Positions 46,001 through 55,311 of a stretch of 64,000 bases of DNA are shown here, one piece after another; positions within the stretch are counted from its first letter, which is position 1, and the number at the start of each line of letters is the position of its first letter. Both the position numbers and the translations under genes were made by a program. The notes beneath the pieces were generated by a model that searched no databases, had not been told where the DNA came from, and was given only the letters and a program-made list of their open reading frames with translations. The stretch lies in IMG/VR virus record IMGVR_UViG_3300022848_000777, positions 110,751 to 174,750 of that record. One strand, 5' to 3'. Origin of the DNA: a virus.

Positions 46001-47374
46001 TTAGGTGTAACTGAGGAATACTATACAAGAATCCCATCAATAGGTGCAAATAATATAATGACTAACAAAGTCAGAATTGATGACAATAATCTTTTAAAAC
46101 CATTGGATTATGAAACGAGTAGTGAAATATCATTATATGATAAATCACCAGTAGATACAAACCAAGTTGGGGTTTATCTATCAGCGACGCAGGCATATGA
46201 GGAAGATATATATAACCATACTGGTTTTTTCAAAATCGATGATTATATTGGTAACCCTGATAACCGTGCTGGTTTCTCAGAAACATATAGAGAGTTAGAT
46301 CATTTAAGACGTCGGGTATTTAAAAAATACAGTACAAAGAATTTGATTAATTCAATTATAGATATACTATCACGATATGATCTATCTGTATTTGAGCAGA
46401 TTAGACAAACTATGCCAGCTAGAGTGGATTATAATTCAGGTATATTAATAGAACCGCACATATTAGAAAGACCTAAGTTTAAATCAACATCTAATATATC
46501 ATATACTGATTTAGTACGTAACGTTACATTGAATCCGATTAATAGAGAAATTAATACTGAGTTCATTAATTTAGAAACTGAAATCAATGTAAATACAACA
46601 CTAACATCTGATTATAATTTATTTGAAACTGAAATAGAATCGACTGTTGATGTTGTATCTGAAAGAAATGACCTATTAGAATTTGGTGTAATTGAAGTAG
46701 TGACTCCATATAATATGGCAACTTATAAATTCACCAACCTAGTTTGGTCTCCTGGACCTGATATTGGGTATGGGATTAATTGGGTATCAAACTCTAATGG
46801 GTATTGGAATTACAAACCAATGGGGGTTGCAATTACATCAAGTCGAGTTTCGAAATACGCTCTATCGCGGATATTTCATTTTAACACAGATGAATCGGCA
46901 TCCTTAAATATACCATATTCATCATCATTAGTACCATCTCAGGTATCCACTGATTTCCTATCACTGGCTACTGCTAATCATAAATTTAATGGATGTAAAA
47001 TTACATCCGACTCAATTACTACAAACTCACCAGATACTCCAGATGGTAAGCCTGTTATTGAGATATTTGAGGCTGATCCAAATGTTCTTATATATACATC
47101 ACAAAAATCAAATATTGGTAATATTGATGTAGTTGCGGGAAATACTTTAACAACATTACGTATCGATGAATTGCACATAAATAAAGAAATACAATTTCAG
47201 AATCATCAAAAGTATCAAAACGAACTTAATTCATTTAATACAAACATTTCTATTTTAGAAAATATAGAATTGGCAAGAATCGCTGAATTTGATTTAATGG
47301 CGGATATTCAACTGAATAGAGATGTTGATGATAGTAAAATAAGAATCTCCGTTGATTATTTTATTAACGACTAA
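43022..47374 (+). CDS. large baseplate protein (gpI/gp7-like motif plus LamG-like domain)
   Basis: LLKTKGTRRSVKALMSMYG; SGKIQELRIW. Confidence 0.75.
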   Translation: MAINRFSNKNILIDSKQPIDHAQIYDDSILNKLDISNVSLTDSHFPPQSKIEYHIYSENNHLGGSEYPINTNINDGAEFDYTIDINPENDVRSNGVGNGNYTLVYNFLNTMISDMDMDSISADGTEIQLSISNPIDSSKLKSIYDFLNKPTDFKHEFALNFGNNEIEPIVGIYFDNNKRVGESVRDIQFPRTRFNQKDTRFYPTDSGDWVEVILPIQKSESESEQSLSETELPIEFITTGRTARFELIVNENNNIIFQQELDGNFNPIFYTDDADVEDRVSSISANLNLTDDLKGQPTYATVRYFDNSLLNLNGLTNIIVKLYRGISSGLENEQPSIDLVLRDSYIDRVLVYPTTTVEKQTDFSAPDFAIDSGNYGKSQGTSLKSWNDLLDTNQITSNQIVNNNFSSSFGNTKLNIDYTDFKNFVKYSSAVERVHNFKYKLQLIENYDLRISTLESISGSNAITNISQSMNRRDILIGDLDGWENWMYYESTGSLYTHYSSSAFTFEPWPKKSSSPTSFPLKLYTTTSSIAETYFNGLLSTASYYDSTNDSMLTKVTPSSIAEDDLNQDYLLFLNMIGQYFDVVWNYVNSLTNINSREEHPLDGMSDELLYNVASSMGWQLTHSKQRSELWRYFIGTDKSGNPMQSGSLASKSEKQMNSEVWRRIVNNIPHLLKTKGTRRSVKALMSMYGIPQSFLSIREYGGPVIDESETQLYWEHDKFVYHLNFDGDNYLKTVWDKTSTFNGSDYSFNEYKIPDAIELQFQQNTKDTVSLISKGSDFAIILEETGSSTNRGNIHFHLSGSSGYKSSSIIDVPLFDSKMSTIVIQRNVSTSSITTDNSYSLIYKRGFRDQLTVSTSSKLIIDGSTESSYNAAWTSSGDLIIGSGSLPTDGTTPSLWDNVGSLSGKIQELRIWENALIDSVITDHTLARNMYNGNTHTSSYFDLKMRFIPDSQLKSIVGTTGVVSRHPNQQISTTENGSIISASLYNFESDDLLGVTEEYYTRIPSIGANNIMTNKVRIDDNNLLKPLDYETSSEISLYDKSPVDTNQVGVYLSATQAYEEDIYNHTGFFKIDDYIGNPDNRAGFSETYRELDHLRRRVFKKYSTKNLINSIIDILSRYDLSVFEQIRQTMPARVDYNSGILIEPHILERPKFKSTSNISYTDLVRNVTLNPINREINTEFINLETEINVNTTLTSDYNLFETEIESTVDVVSERNDLLEFGVIEVVTPYNMATYKFTNLVWSPGPDIGYGINWVSNSNGYWNYKPMGVAITSSRVSKYALSRIFHFNTDESASLNIPYSSSLVPSQVSTDFLSLATANHKFNGCKITSDSITTNSPDTPDGKPVIEIFEADPNVLIYTSQKSNIGNIDVVAGNTLTTLRIDELHINKEIQFQNHQKYQNELNSFNTNISILENIELARIAEFDLMADIQLNRDVDDSKIRISVDYFIND

Positions 47375-47385
47375 TATTTATTAAT

Positions 47386-48387
47386 ATGAGTAATGAATTA
47401 CGTAAGAATTTATTTGTAAAATCTAATAACCAAATCACAATCACACCATCTGATGAGATTAGTGATTCAGATTCTATAATTAAAATAATACAACCGATCC
47501 AAACAGAAGTTGGAAATGGTGGTATCGGTAATGTAACTAAAATAATAAAAAATATTGATCAAATCTCTAATAAAGATTTCATAAATAATTATCTAACAAC
47601 ACCCATTAAAAATGCTAAAGATGTAGTTGAGTTGTTAAATTCTTTAAGTGAGGGTCAATTAAAACAAATAAAAGTACAAGAGAATCGAATTAGAGATATT
47701 GAAAATAAAAGAAAAGTAGATTTTAATAATTCTAAATCGGATGAAGAAGAACGTCGTTCTTTATTTAAAAGAGAAATTGAAGTTAAGAAATTAGAAAAGA
47801 ACCTTTTTATGAAACGAAATTACAAATCAATAGTTGGTGATCGATTTATAAAAGATGGTGATGAATCTAATGTACAATCTCAAATAGTAGTTGAAATTGA
47901 TCGTATCATAGATAAAAAGCAATCATTACTGAAAAAAAAAGTAGATAGATTGCAGAGAGAAAAACTTAGAAAGGAGTTGGAATCTTCTATAAATTCAAAT
48001 CCAATTATAAAGAGAATACCTTCTATGTTTTTTGAAAACGATGTACTCACAGATCGCCGACAGAAGCTACAAATTAATCCTGAAATTTATGAAATAAGTC
48101 AGATCACTCAATTGATAAATGATGTGGAGCAATTTCAAATTCAAAACAACAAAAGAATTATATCACATAGAGATGTTTTTGAAAATCAAGAATCTGATTT
48201 TGACACAAACCCAATATCATCACCATCTGATATATTAATTACGAAACGAAACTCAGATGATGTCAGAGTGGAGCTAGAAAAGTATAAAAAGTTAATTGAA
48301 TTGAAATTAAGTTTAGATAATACAAATGAAGAACCCAGCCACATTAGTTTAAATAAACCATCACGTGGGACTGCGTTGGTAAATTAA
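47386..48387 (+). CDS. charged coiled-coil hypothetical protein
   Basis: 333 aa, K/E/I/N-rich. Confidence 0.65.
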   Translation: MSNELRKNLFVKSNNQITITPSDEISDSDSIIKIIQPIQTEVGNGGIGNVTKIIKNIDQISNKDFINNYLTTPIKNAKDVVELLNSLSEGQLKQIKVQENRIRDIENKRKVDFNNSKSDEEERRSLFKREIEVKKLEKNLFMKRNYKSIVGDRFIKDGDESNVQSQIVVEIDRIIDKKQSLLKKKVDRLQREKLRKELESSINSNPIIKRIPSMFFENDVLTDRRQKLQINPEIYEISQITQLINDVEQFQIQNNKRIISHRDVFENQESDFDTNPISSPSDILITKRNSDDVRVELEKYKKLIELKLSLDNTNEEPSHISLNKPSRGTALVN

Positions 48388-48457
48388 ATCATAATCTAAC
48401 GTAAAAATTATTATTTTTATATTTATAGTTGTAAAACAATATATTAGGTAAAAACAT

Positions 48458-49153
48458 ATGGGATATTTGGATAACAGTTCTATTACTGTAGATGCAGTAC
48501 TTACAAAAAAAGGTAGAGAACTTCTATCAAAAGGTAGAGACTTTTTTGTTATAAGTCAATTCGCTCTTGGTGATGATGAAGTCGATTATGAAAATTGGAA
48601 TCCATCACATCCAAATGGAAGTGATTTCTATGGTATTATTATTGAAAATATGCCAATTGTTGAGGCGGTAACTGATGAAAACTTTTCAATGAAGTATAAG
48701 TTACTGACATTGCCAAAAAATACAATTCGAATTCCAATAATTGAAGCTAACCCAAATTCAATAGAAATAAACGAAGGTGGGGCTCAATCCGTAATTACTT
48801 TGAATACAATCAATGGTGGGAATGATACGTTGGGGTATACCGTAACATTACTTAACTCAAACGCAGCTTCAATCACTGGTGATGGGCAGGGGATAGCAGA
48901 GAATTCTGATCCAGTAGCACCCACAGAGGATAGACGTAGTGTTACTATTAGTACTAAATCATCATTTACAGTTACTACTAAAATATTATCCGATAACATT
49001 GATATATCAACTAAAATTATTGTAACTGGTAATGAAACTGGCGGACGGGAAGAAATTATATTAACTGTAGCAAACGTTGCTGATATTTCAGTAGGTTCTA
49101 CGACCGATACTTCATTTGATACAAACGCTTCTCAAGGATTCGTAAGAAATTAA
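48458..49153 (+). CDS. baseplate/tail-associated protein
   Basis: MGYLDNSSITVDAVLTKKGRELL..QFALGDDEVDY. Confidence 0.7.
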   Translation: MGYLDNSSITVDAVLTKKGRELLSKGRDFFVISQFALGDDEVDYENWNPSHPNGSDFYGIIIENMPIVEAVTDENFSMKYKLLTLPKNTIRIPIIEANPNSIEINEGGAQSVITLNTINGGNDTLGYTVTLLNSNAASITGDGQGIAENSDPVAPTEDRRSVTISTKSSFTVTTKILSDNIDISTKIIVTGNETGGREEIILTVANVADISVGSTTDTSFDTNASQGFVRN

Positions 49154-49179
49154 ATAAAAATATTTAAAGGAAAGTAGAT

Positions 49180-50259
49180 ATGGCAATATTACCAGCAGGC
49201 TCATTTAACACATCAAAACGAACATTCACCGCATTCAAAGTTGGTGATGTTGTAGAGGGTGGTGTGGAGCGAGTAACAAGAGGTTTGTGGAGTGGGAATG
49301 TAGGAACGTTAGGTTCATTCTTCACTTCATCAGCACAATCAGAAACACAAAAACAATATTATTACGAAATATTTGACGGAATTTCAACTAGTACCACATC
49401 GGAAGCTCAATTCTCAGTAGTATATGGTAATTTAAATGGAAGTGGATCACTTGGTGTGAATCAAGATTCACCATCTAAAGCACTATACTCTCAGTACGCT
49501 CAAATTTTATTACCAGATACGCAACGAACGTTTACATTTAATAACGTAACCTCTGAGCACATATACGTTCTAAATATTAACAGAGCTAGACTTAAAGATA
49601 GGTTAGATCCTGGAAATATTCAATTCAATTTAGCTGAATTAACCAGTGCGGTACCAGATCAATATAATACAGGATCTAATTCTACAGTTAATTCATCTGG
49701 AAAAGTTATATCGTTAATTGATGATTCAGGAGATACGCAACAAACATCCAATCAAATTGGTAGAACTTATAATTTAGTATCAGGATCAATATCCAATGGT
49801 GTGTATTCACCTAAAACATATTATGGTAAAGTTTTCCCAGAACAAGGTGTTGTTGTATTCAATGCGGATACTCTAAATACCGAATTAACATTTGGTAGTG
49901 TTAGTAGTTCAAATACAAATGGTGATAATGCATATAAATTATATACCTCTGTTAGTGGAGCCGCTGCACTTAATACAAATTATGGAATAGCTGCAAGGAA
50001 TGAGGAACGTGTACAATCTACATATTACTTTGTAAGAGCTAAAAATGGTGAATATAATTTCTCAAATAATCCATCATTTGTAACTGGATCTACTGGGGCA
50101 TTTAGGCAATCTACATTTGTTAACTCACCTAAAACTTATATAACAACAGTTGGATTATATAATAGTGAGCAAGAATTAATAGCCATTGCAAAACTATCTA
50201 AACCTCAATTGAAATCATTCTCAAATGAAATGTTAATAAAGTGCAAGTTGGATTTTTGA
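49180..50259 (+). CDS. tail/baseplate structural protein
   Basis: C-terminal YITTVGLYN..ELIAIAKLSKP tail-collar-like motif. Confidence 0.7.
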   Translation: MAILPAGSFNTSKRTFTAFKVGDVVEGGVERVTRGLWSGNVGTLGSFFTSSAQSETQKQYYYEIFDGISTSTTSEAQFSVVYGNLNGSGSLGVNQDSPSKALYSQYAQILLPDTQRTFTFNNVTSEHIYVLNINRARLKDRLDPGNIQFNLAELTSAVPDQYNTGSNSTVNSSGKVISLIDDSGDTQQTSNQIGRTYNLVSGSISNGVYSPKTYYGKVFPEQGVVVFNADTLNTELTFGSVSSSNTNGDNAYKLYTSVSGAAALNTNYGIAARNEERVQSTYYFVRAKNGEYNFSNNPSFVTGSTGAFRQSTFVNSPKTYITTVGLYNSEQELIAIAKLSKPQLKSFSNEMLIKCKLDF

Positions 50260-50323
50260 GAAATCTTTATTAAACTTATCTTAGAATATGGTATTAATTC
50301 TAAAATCTTTCATATATATTAAT

Positions 50324-51109
50324 ATGAGGGATTTTATTATTTGTAGTATATGTGATTCAAAAGTAGGTAGAAAGGGATTACCACAGCACCTAAAAACACA
50401 TAATGTATTATTTTCAAAATATAAGGAAGATAATTCAGATCAGTTTGAGACTGGTAATAAATGTAGGGTATGTGATAATCCAATATCCAAATGGAGTAAA
50501 TCATGTTCTAAAAAATGTAGTATAATATGGAGAAAATCATTAACAGGTAAAGATAGTATTAGGTGGGGGGCTACCTTATCAGCTGAAACTAAAAAGAAAA
50601 TGAGTAAATCTAATATTGGAAATAAGTCTAGAGTTGGTACTAAACATTCTATGGAATCCAAATCAAGAATGAGTAACACTAGAAAAGCCAGAAAATTAGG
50701 AATTGGAAAATTAAATGGAATGTATGGTAAAACACATACACCCGAAGCAATTAAAAAGATATTTGCTCATAAAAAAATGAATAAATTAGAAAAGAAGTTT
50801 TCAAAGTTATTAGACTCAATAGGTGTTAAATATCATTTCCAATATTTTATGAATAAAGATGGCGTTTGTAAATCTTATGATTTCAAAATAAAAGGTAAGA
50901 ACATTATATTTGAAATAGATGGTGATTTTTGGCATGGAAATCCAAACCAAACTAACCATTGGAAAGATGTAGAATCTGTAAGAGCAAATGATATTGTAAA
51001 AGAAAATATGGCAAGGGCTGTTGGTTATAAATTATATAGGTATTGGGAAACTGATATAAAGAATAATACTAAATCAGTTGTAAATGATTTGAAATTAATA
51101 CTTATATAA
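50324..51109 (+). CDS. free-standing homing endonuclease (Zn finger, NUMOD3 repeats, Vsr/DUF559-like nuclease)
   Basis: CSIC..HLKTH; KHSMESKSRMS, GKTHTPEA; YDF..FEIDGDFWHG. Confidence 0.85.
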   Translation: MRDFIICSICDSKVGRKGLPQHLKTHNVLFSKYKEDNSDQFETGNKCRVCDNPISKWSKSCSKKCSIIWRKSLTGKDSIRWGATLSAETKKKMSKSNIGNKSRVGTKHSMESKSRMSNTRKARKLGIGKLNGMYGKTHTPEAIKKIFAHKKMNKLEKKFSKLLDSIGVKYHFQYFMNKDGVCKSYDFKIKGKNIIFEIDGDFWHGNPNQTNHWKDVESVRANDIVKENMARAVGYKLYRYWETDIKNNTKSVVNDLKLILI

Positions 51110-51136
51110 GAGATGTATAATAAAGGGAATTAAGAT

Positions 51137-53041
51137 ATGGCGGAAGCATACAAACCTATAAACCGAAGTGGTTTACAGCTTAGACCTTTTTATAGCTATA
51201 AACTCTGGAAAATAACAGATGAAAACTTTAGAATGGATGCTTATAAAATATCCACTATAAGGGCCCTGTCTCCAGATTTTAATGAAAAGATACCTGTATC
51301 TAAATCAATTAGTGGTGATCTATTAGTAGATGATGTCCAACTAAAAAATCATACATCTGGATCAACAAAGTTCTTAGCGAGTAAATTTCAAAAAGGAGTT
51401 TGGACTTCATTAAAGAGTGCATTTTACCATAAAAATATAAATGGACAATTATATTCCACAGCTTCGGTATTCTCAATACCACACAATAGGCTCGGTGATG
51501 GTGTAAAACCCAATACATTCAAAGGGGTTGATTTAAGTTCCAATACTGATGAAGCATATGCTTCGACATCATATCAAATAACGACATCATTCCATGATGT
51601 CAAAATAGATGAATATCATGGCTATATTGTAGATTCCGATCTCAATTCAGAATCGTATGTTAATGATTATTATCTAATGGGGTATTGGGGATTTAATGAA
51701 AAGATTTTAAATAGAAATTATACATTTGATCGTAATATATCAGATGGTAGTAAGTTTAAAAATAAATCATATGCTAAGGATATTAAGTATTTACCTGGCA
51801 TTATAACTGATGGTGAATTTACATCTAGTCGAAAAGCATCTGGCACTAAAGCACTTCTTAATGGTAATACATCTTATATACGAACTTCTCATAATTCCCA
51901 TTTTGATTTATTTAAATCCGATTCTTATTCAATTTCAATTTGGACTGACCTACCACCATCACAATCAATGATCGATAGTGATTCTAATTGGATAGTTAGT
52001 AAGGCTGGGACATTCACAGATTATGGTTTTGATAAGAGTATATCTAATATCGTATCAAACACAAATCAAGAGAATCCAATATATCCATTTGAAATACGAG
52101 TTAAGAACCAAACCACATCGGATAATGGTAAGGTTATTATTGGATTATCTGATGGGATTATTACGAATGAAATATCATCATCAACCTTAATAAATGATGG
52201 TCAGCATCATATTGTTTTTAATAAAAGTAATACATCTATGGAATTGTGGATCGATGGTACTCTAGATTTCAAAAAATCCATTAATAATTTAAGATCAAAT
52301 ATTCATAATCAAAATGATATTTTATTCGGAACTAAATATATCTCAGATGCAACAGTGGGAAGTATTAGTAATATCGGATCTTTATCTGGATCAATCGATG
52401 AGGTTAGATTGTATAAGAAGTTTCTAACTAGTACTGAAATCCAATCATTATCTAATAATAATTTTGAATCAGGATCAGCATATCAGACATCAGTAATAGG
52501 TCAGATATTTTACAAACACGGTATCGCAGTTGTATCCGATATGAGACCTAAGTATAAAAATATATGGTTAGGTCAATCTGGTTCTTGGGATTATTTCCCA
52601 GATAGGCCGTATGATTACAGCCGTGGGTTCACAACTGAATATAGATCAACTAAGTTACTATATGAAACATCAGTTTTATGTGAGATTGGTGCAGATGAGT
52701 TTAATGTTAGTAGCAACCCATCATTAAGACCTAATAATAATATTAAATCACCCTGGTTAAAATCATATGTAACTGGTTCTGATTTTTCAACATATATCAC
52801 TACAATTGGATTATATAATAATAGTGGTGAGTTAATAGCAGTTGGTAAATTAGCATCACCTATTAAAAATAGAAATGATGTTGATATTACAGTTAAAGTG
52901 CGTTTTGATTTAGACGGCCCATTTGGAACACCTAAATACTCAACTGAGCCTAATGGTAAAACACCAACTTTAATTGAAAATAACGAAGGTAATTTTGTAT
53001 GGAATACATCAGCACTGCCTGGTATTAAAATAAATGAATAA
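51137..53041 (+). CDS. LamG-domain tail/baseplate protein
   Basis: HHIVF, GSIDEVRLY; C-terminal YITTIGLYN..LIAVGKLASP, paralogous to the gene at 49180. Confidence 0.75.
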   Translation: MAEAYKPINRSGLQLRPFYSYKLWKITDENFRMDAYKISTIRALSPDFNEKIPVSKSISGDLLVDDVQLKNHTSGSTKFLASKFQKGVWTSLKSAFYHKNINGQLYSTASVFSIPHNRLGDGVKPNTFKGVDLSSNTDEAYASTSYQITTSFHDVKIDEYHGYIVDSDLNSESYVNDYYLMGYWGFNEKILNRNYTFDRNISDGSKFKNKSYAKDIKYLPGIITDGEFTSSRKASGTKALLNGNTSYIRTSHNSHFDLFKSDSYSISIWTDLPPSQSMIDSDSNWIVSKAGTFTDYGFDKSISNIVSNTNQENPIYPFEIRVKNQTTSDNGKVIIGLSDGIITNEISSSTLINDGQHHIVFNKSNTSMELWIDGTLDFKKSINNLRSNIHNQNDILFGTKYISDATVGSISNIGSLSGSIDEVRLYKKFLTSTEIQSLSNNNFESGSAYQTSVIGQIFYKHGIAVVSDMRPKYKNIWLGQSGSWDYFPDRPYDYSRGFTTEYRSTKLLYETSVLCEIGADEFNVSSNPSLRPNNNIKSPWLKSYVTGSDFSTYITTIGLYNNSGELIAVGKLASPIKNRNDVDITVKVRFDLDGPFGTPKYSTEPNGKTPTLIENNEGNFVWNTSALPGIKINE

Positions 53042-53043
53042 TT

Positions 53044-53466
53044 ATGGCACGGAGTGATTGGGATCATATTAAACGAAGTAAGGGTTTTAAAAGTGGACTT
53101 GAGGTTAACATAGCAGAGCAGTTAATAATTCAAGGAATTGATCCTGAGTACGAAACTGTTCAAATTAATTATATAGTTCCAGAAAAGAAGCACATATATA
53201 CCGTTGATTTTAAACTACCAAATGGTATATTAATTGAATCAAAGGGTTGGCTTAAACCTGATGATAGAAAAAAACATATCTTTATAAAAAAGCAGCATCC
53301 AGAGATCGATTTGCGATTTGTATTGCAATCACCAAATGGTAAAATATATAAAGGTTCAAAAACAACATATTCTCAATGGTGTGAAAAGAATGGTTTTAAA
53401 TGGGCTAAGAAATCAATACCACAGGAATGGATTGATGAGCGACCGACTGAAACTTTTTTTGGATAA
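53044..53466 (+). CDS. T7 endonuclease I-like Holliday junction resolvase
   Basis: FKSGLE, YTVDFKLPNGILIESKG, DLRFV, TTYSQWCEKNGF. Confidence 0.9.
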   Translation: MARSDWDHIKRSKGFKSGLEVNIAEQLIIQGIDPEYETVQINYIVPEKKHIYTVDFKLPNGILIESKGWLKPDDRKKHIFIKKQHPEIDLRFVLQSPNGKIYKGSKTTYSQWCEKNGFKWAKKSIPQEWIDERPTETFFG

Positions 53467-53519
53467 TCGAATTATTTTTTGTATATTGTATCTAATATGT
53501 CTTAAAAAATATAAAGAAA

Positions 53520-54455
53520 TTGGAAGAAAGGTTATTAGTACTATTAGAATCTGTAATTGGAAACTCATATAAGAAATCAAAAAACAACCATGCGTTTTAT
53601 TCACCATTTGTAACTCACAGCAAACCCAAACTTGAAATTGATATCACCTTAAATTCTAAGGGTGAAAATAAATGGCATTGTTGGATATCTGATGAAAAGG
53701 GTAGAAGTATTAAATCTTTGTTTAAAAAGATCGGTGTATCTAAATCCAAATGGGATGAGCATAATAATATATTCAAAAAGAAATACAGGTATCAAACTGT
53801 TGAAGATGAGATAAATACAGTTGTTAATCTTCCAGATGAATACATACCCATATGGCAACCAGGAGAATCGCTCATGCGTACCCATGCATTGAAGTATTTA
53901 CTAAAGAGAGGTGTTACTGTACCCGATATGATAAAGTACAGCATAGGGTATTGTGAAGAGGGTATTTATAAAAACAAAATAATAGTACCATCTTATAATG
54001 AAAGTGGTATATTAAACTATTTTGTGGGGCGGAGTTTTTACAAAGAATTTCAATCACATAAAAACCCACCATCATCAAAAGACATAATTGGATTTGAATT
54101 ATTTATTAATTGGGATTTGGGTATTACACTTACAGAGGGGTCTTTCGATGCAATAGCAATACGTAGAAATGTAATACCATTATTTGGTAAGTTCTTGCAA
54201 AACAAATTAAAATTAAAAATAATAGAAAAGAAACCACCGTTTGTTAATATTTGTTTAGATCCAGATGCAATGGAATCTGCAATTAAAATGGTTGATGATT
54301 TACATCAATGTGGTGTAACATCAGTTAGATTAATTAAATTACCAAATGAAAAAGACCCAGCTGAATTAGGATTCACCGCTATATCATCTTTGATTGAAAA
54401 TGCAAAAGATATTACATTATATGATATGGTAAAAATGAAAATTGGGAATTCCTAA
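53520..54455 (+). CDS. DNA primase (Toprim)
   Basis: YLLKRG, FVGRS, TEGSFDA, CLDPDA, KDPAE. Confidence 0.88.
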   Translation: MEERLLVLLESVIGNSYKKSKNNHAFYSPFVTHSKPKLEIDITLNSKGENKWHCWISDEKGRSIKSLFKKIGVSKSKWDEHNNIFKKKYRYQTVEDEINTVVNLPDEYIPIWQPGESLMRTHALKYLLKRGVTVPDMIKYSIGYCEEGIYKNKIIVPSYNESGILNYFVGRSFYKEFQSHKNPPSSKDIIGFELFINWDLGITLTEGSFDAIAIRRNVIPLFGKFLQNKLKLKIIEKKPPFVNICLDPDAMESAIKMVDDLHQCGVTSVRLIKLPNEKDPAELGFTAISSLIENAKDITLYDMVKMKIGNS

Positions 54456-54474
54456 TACTTATATGTGAGGGGTA

Positions 54475-55299
54475 ATGATGAAAGATTATAATAGAGTGTG
54501 TATTGGTTGTGATGGTGTTATTACATATAAATCAAAATCACAATATAATGAAGCTAATAAACATAATAGAGTATGTAGGTCTTGCGCGAATAAACGAAGA
54601 TCGGTTAATCCAAAACCACTTATAAAGGAGTGTATTAAATGTGGATATTCACATACATTCTCAACTCATAGTAAGTATATTCAATCAAAACCACTCAATG
54701 AGTATAAATGTAAATCATGTGCGAGTGTAGATGCACATACAGGTAAATCGGTAACTGCTAAATCCAAAAAAGCAATTGGAATTGCAGTTAAAAACGCATG
54801 GGCATCTGGTTCATATTTAAATGCAGTTAAAAAATCATCTGACCGATGGGCGGGTAAAAATAACCCAATGTATAATTCAAATAGATGTGGTAAATTAAAT
54901 CCTTTTTATGGAAAAACTCACACTGTCGAAAATATAACCTATTTTAAAAATAGAATAATTAATGATAGTACACATAATAAAATGAGAGAATCGGCAATTA
55001 ACCGAATCTCAAAAGCTAAATTTAATGGAAATCAAATGATACCAGGATATAATACATCATCAATACCAATCATAGAAGCAAAAGCTAAAGAATTAGGAAT
55101 AACTGATTTACAGCATGCCGAAAACGGGGGTGAGTATATGGTATTGGGTTATTTTGTAGATGGTTACAGTAAAGAGAAGAATATAGTAATAGAATATGAT
55201 GAAAAGCACCATAATCGGCAAATTGATAAGGATTTAAAAAGACAAAACGAAATAGAAAATTATCTTAAATGTAAATTCATTAGGATAGTTCAAATATAA
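54475..55299 (+). CDS. free-standing homing endonuclease-like protein (Zn ribbons, NUMOD3, PD-(D/E)XK-like)
   Basis: four CxxC; NPFYGKTHT; HAENGGE..VDGY..IEYDEKHH. Confidence 0.75.
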   Translation: MMKDYNRVCIGCDGVITYKSKSQYNEANKHNRVCRSCANKRRSVNPKPLIKECIKCGYSHTFSTHSKYIQSKPLNEYKCKSCASVDAHTGKSVTAKSKKAIGIAVKNAWASGSYLNAVKKSSDRWAGKNNPMYNSNRCGKLNPFYGKTHTVENITYFKNRIINDSTHNKMRESAINRISKAKFNGNQMIPGYNTSSIPIIEAKAKELGITDLQHAENGGEYMVLGYFVDGYSKEKNIVIEYDEKHHNRQIDKDLKRQNEIENYLKCKFIRIVQI

Positions 55300-55311
55300 A
55301 CTAGAAAGTGT

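Noticed and set aside
50260-51136. Self-splicing intron around the homing endonuclease
   Set aside because: The flanking genes look complete and the intergenic gaps (under 70 bp) cannot hold a ribozyme core
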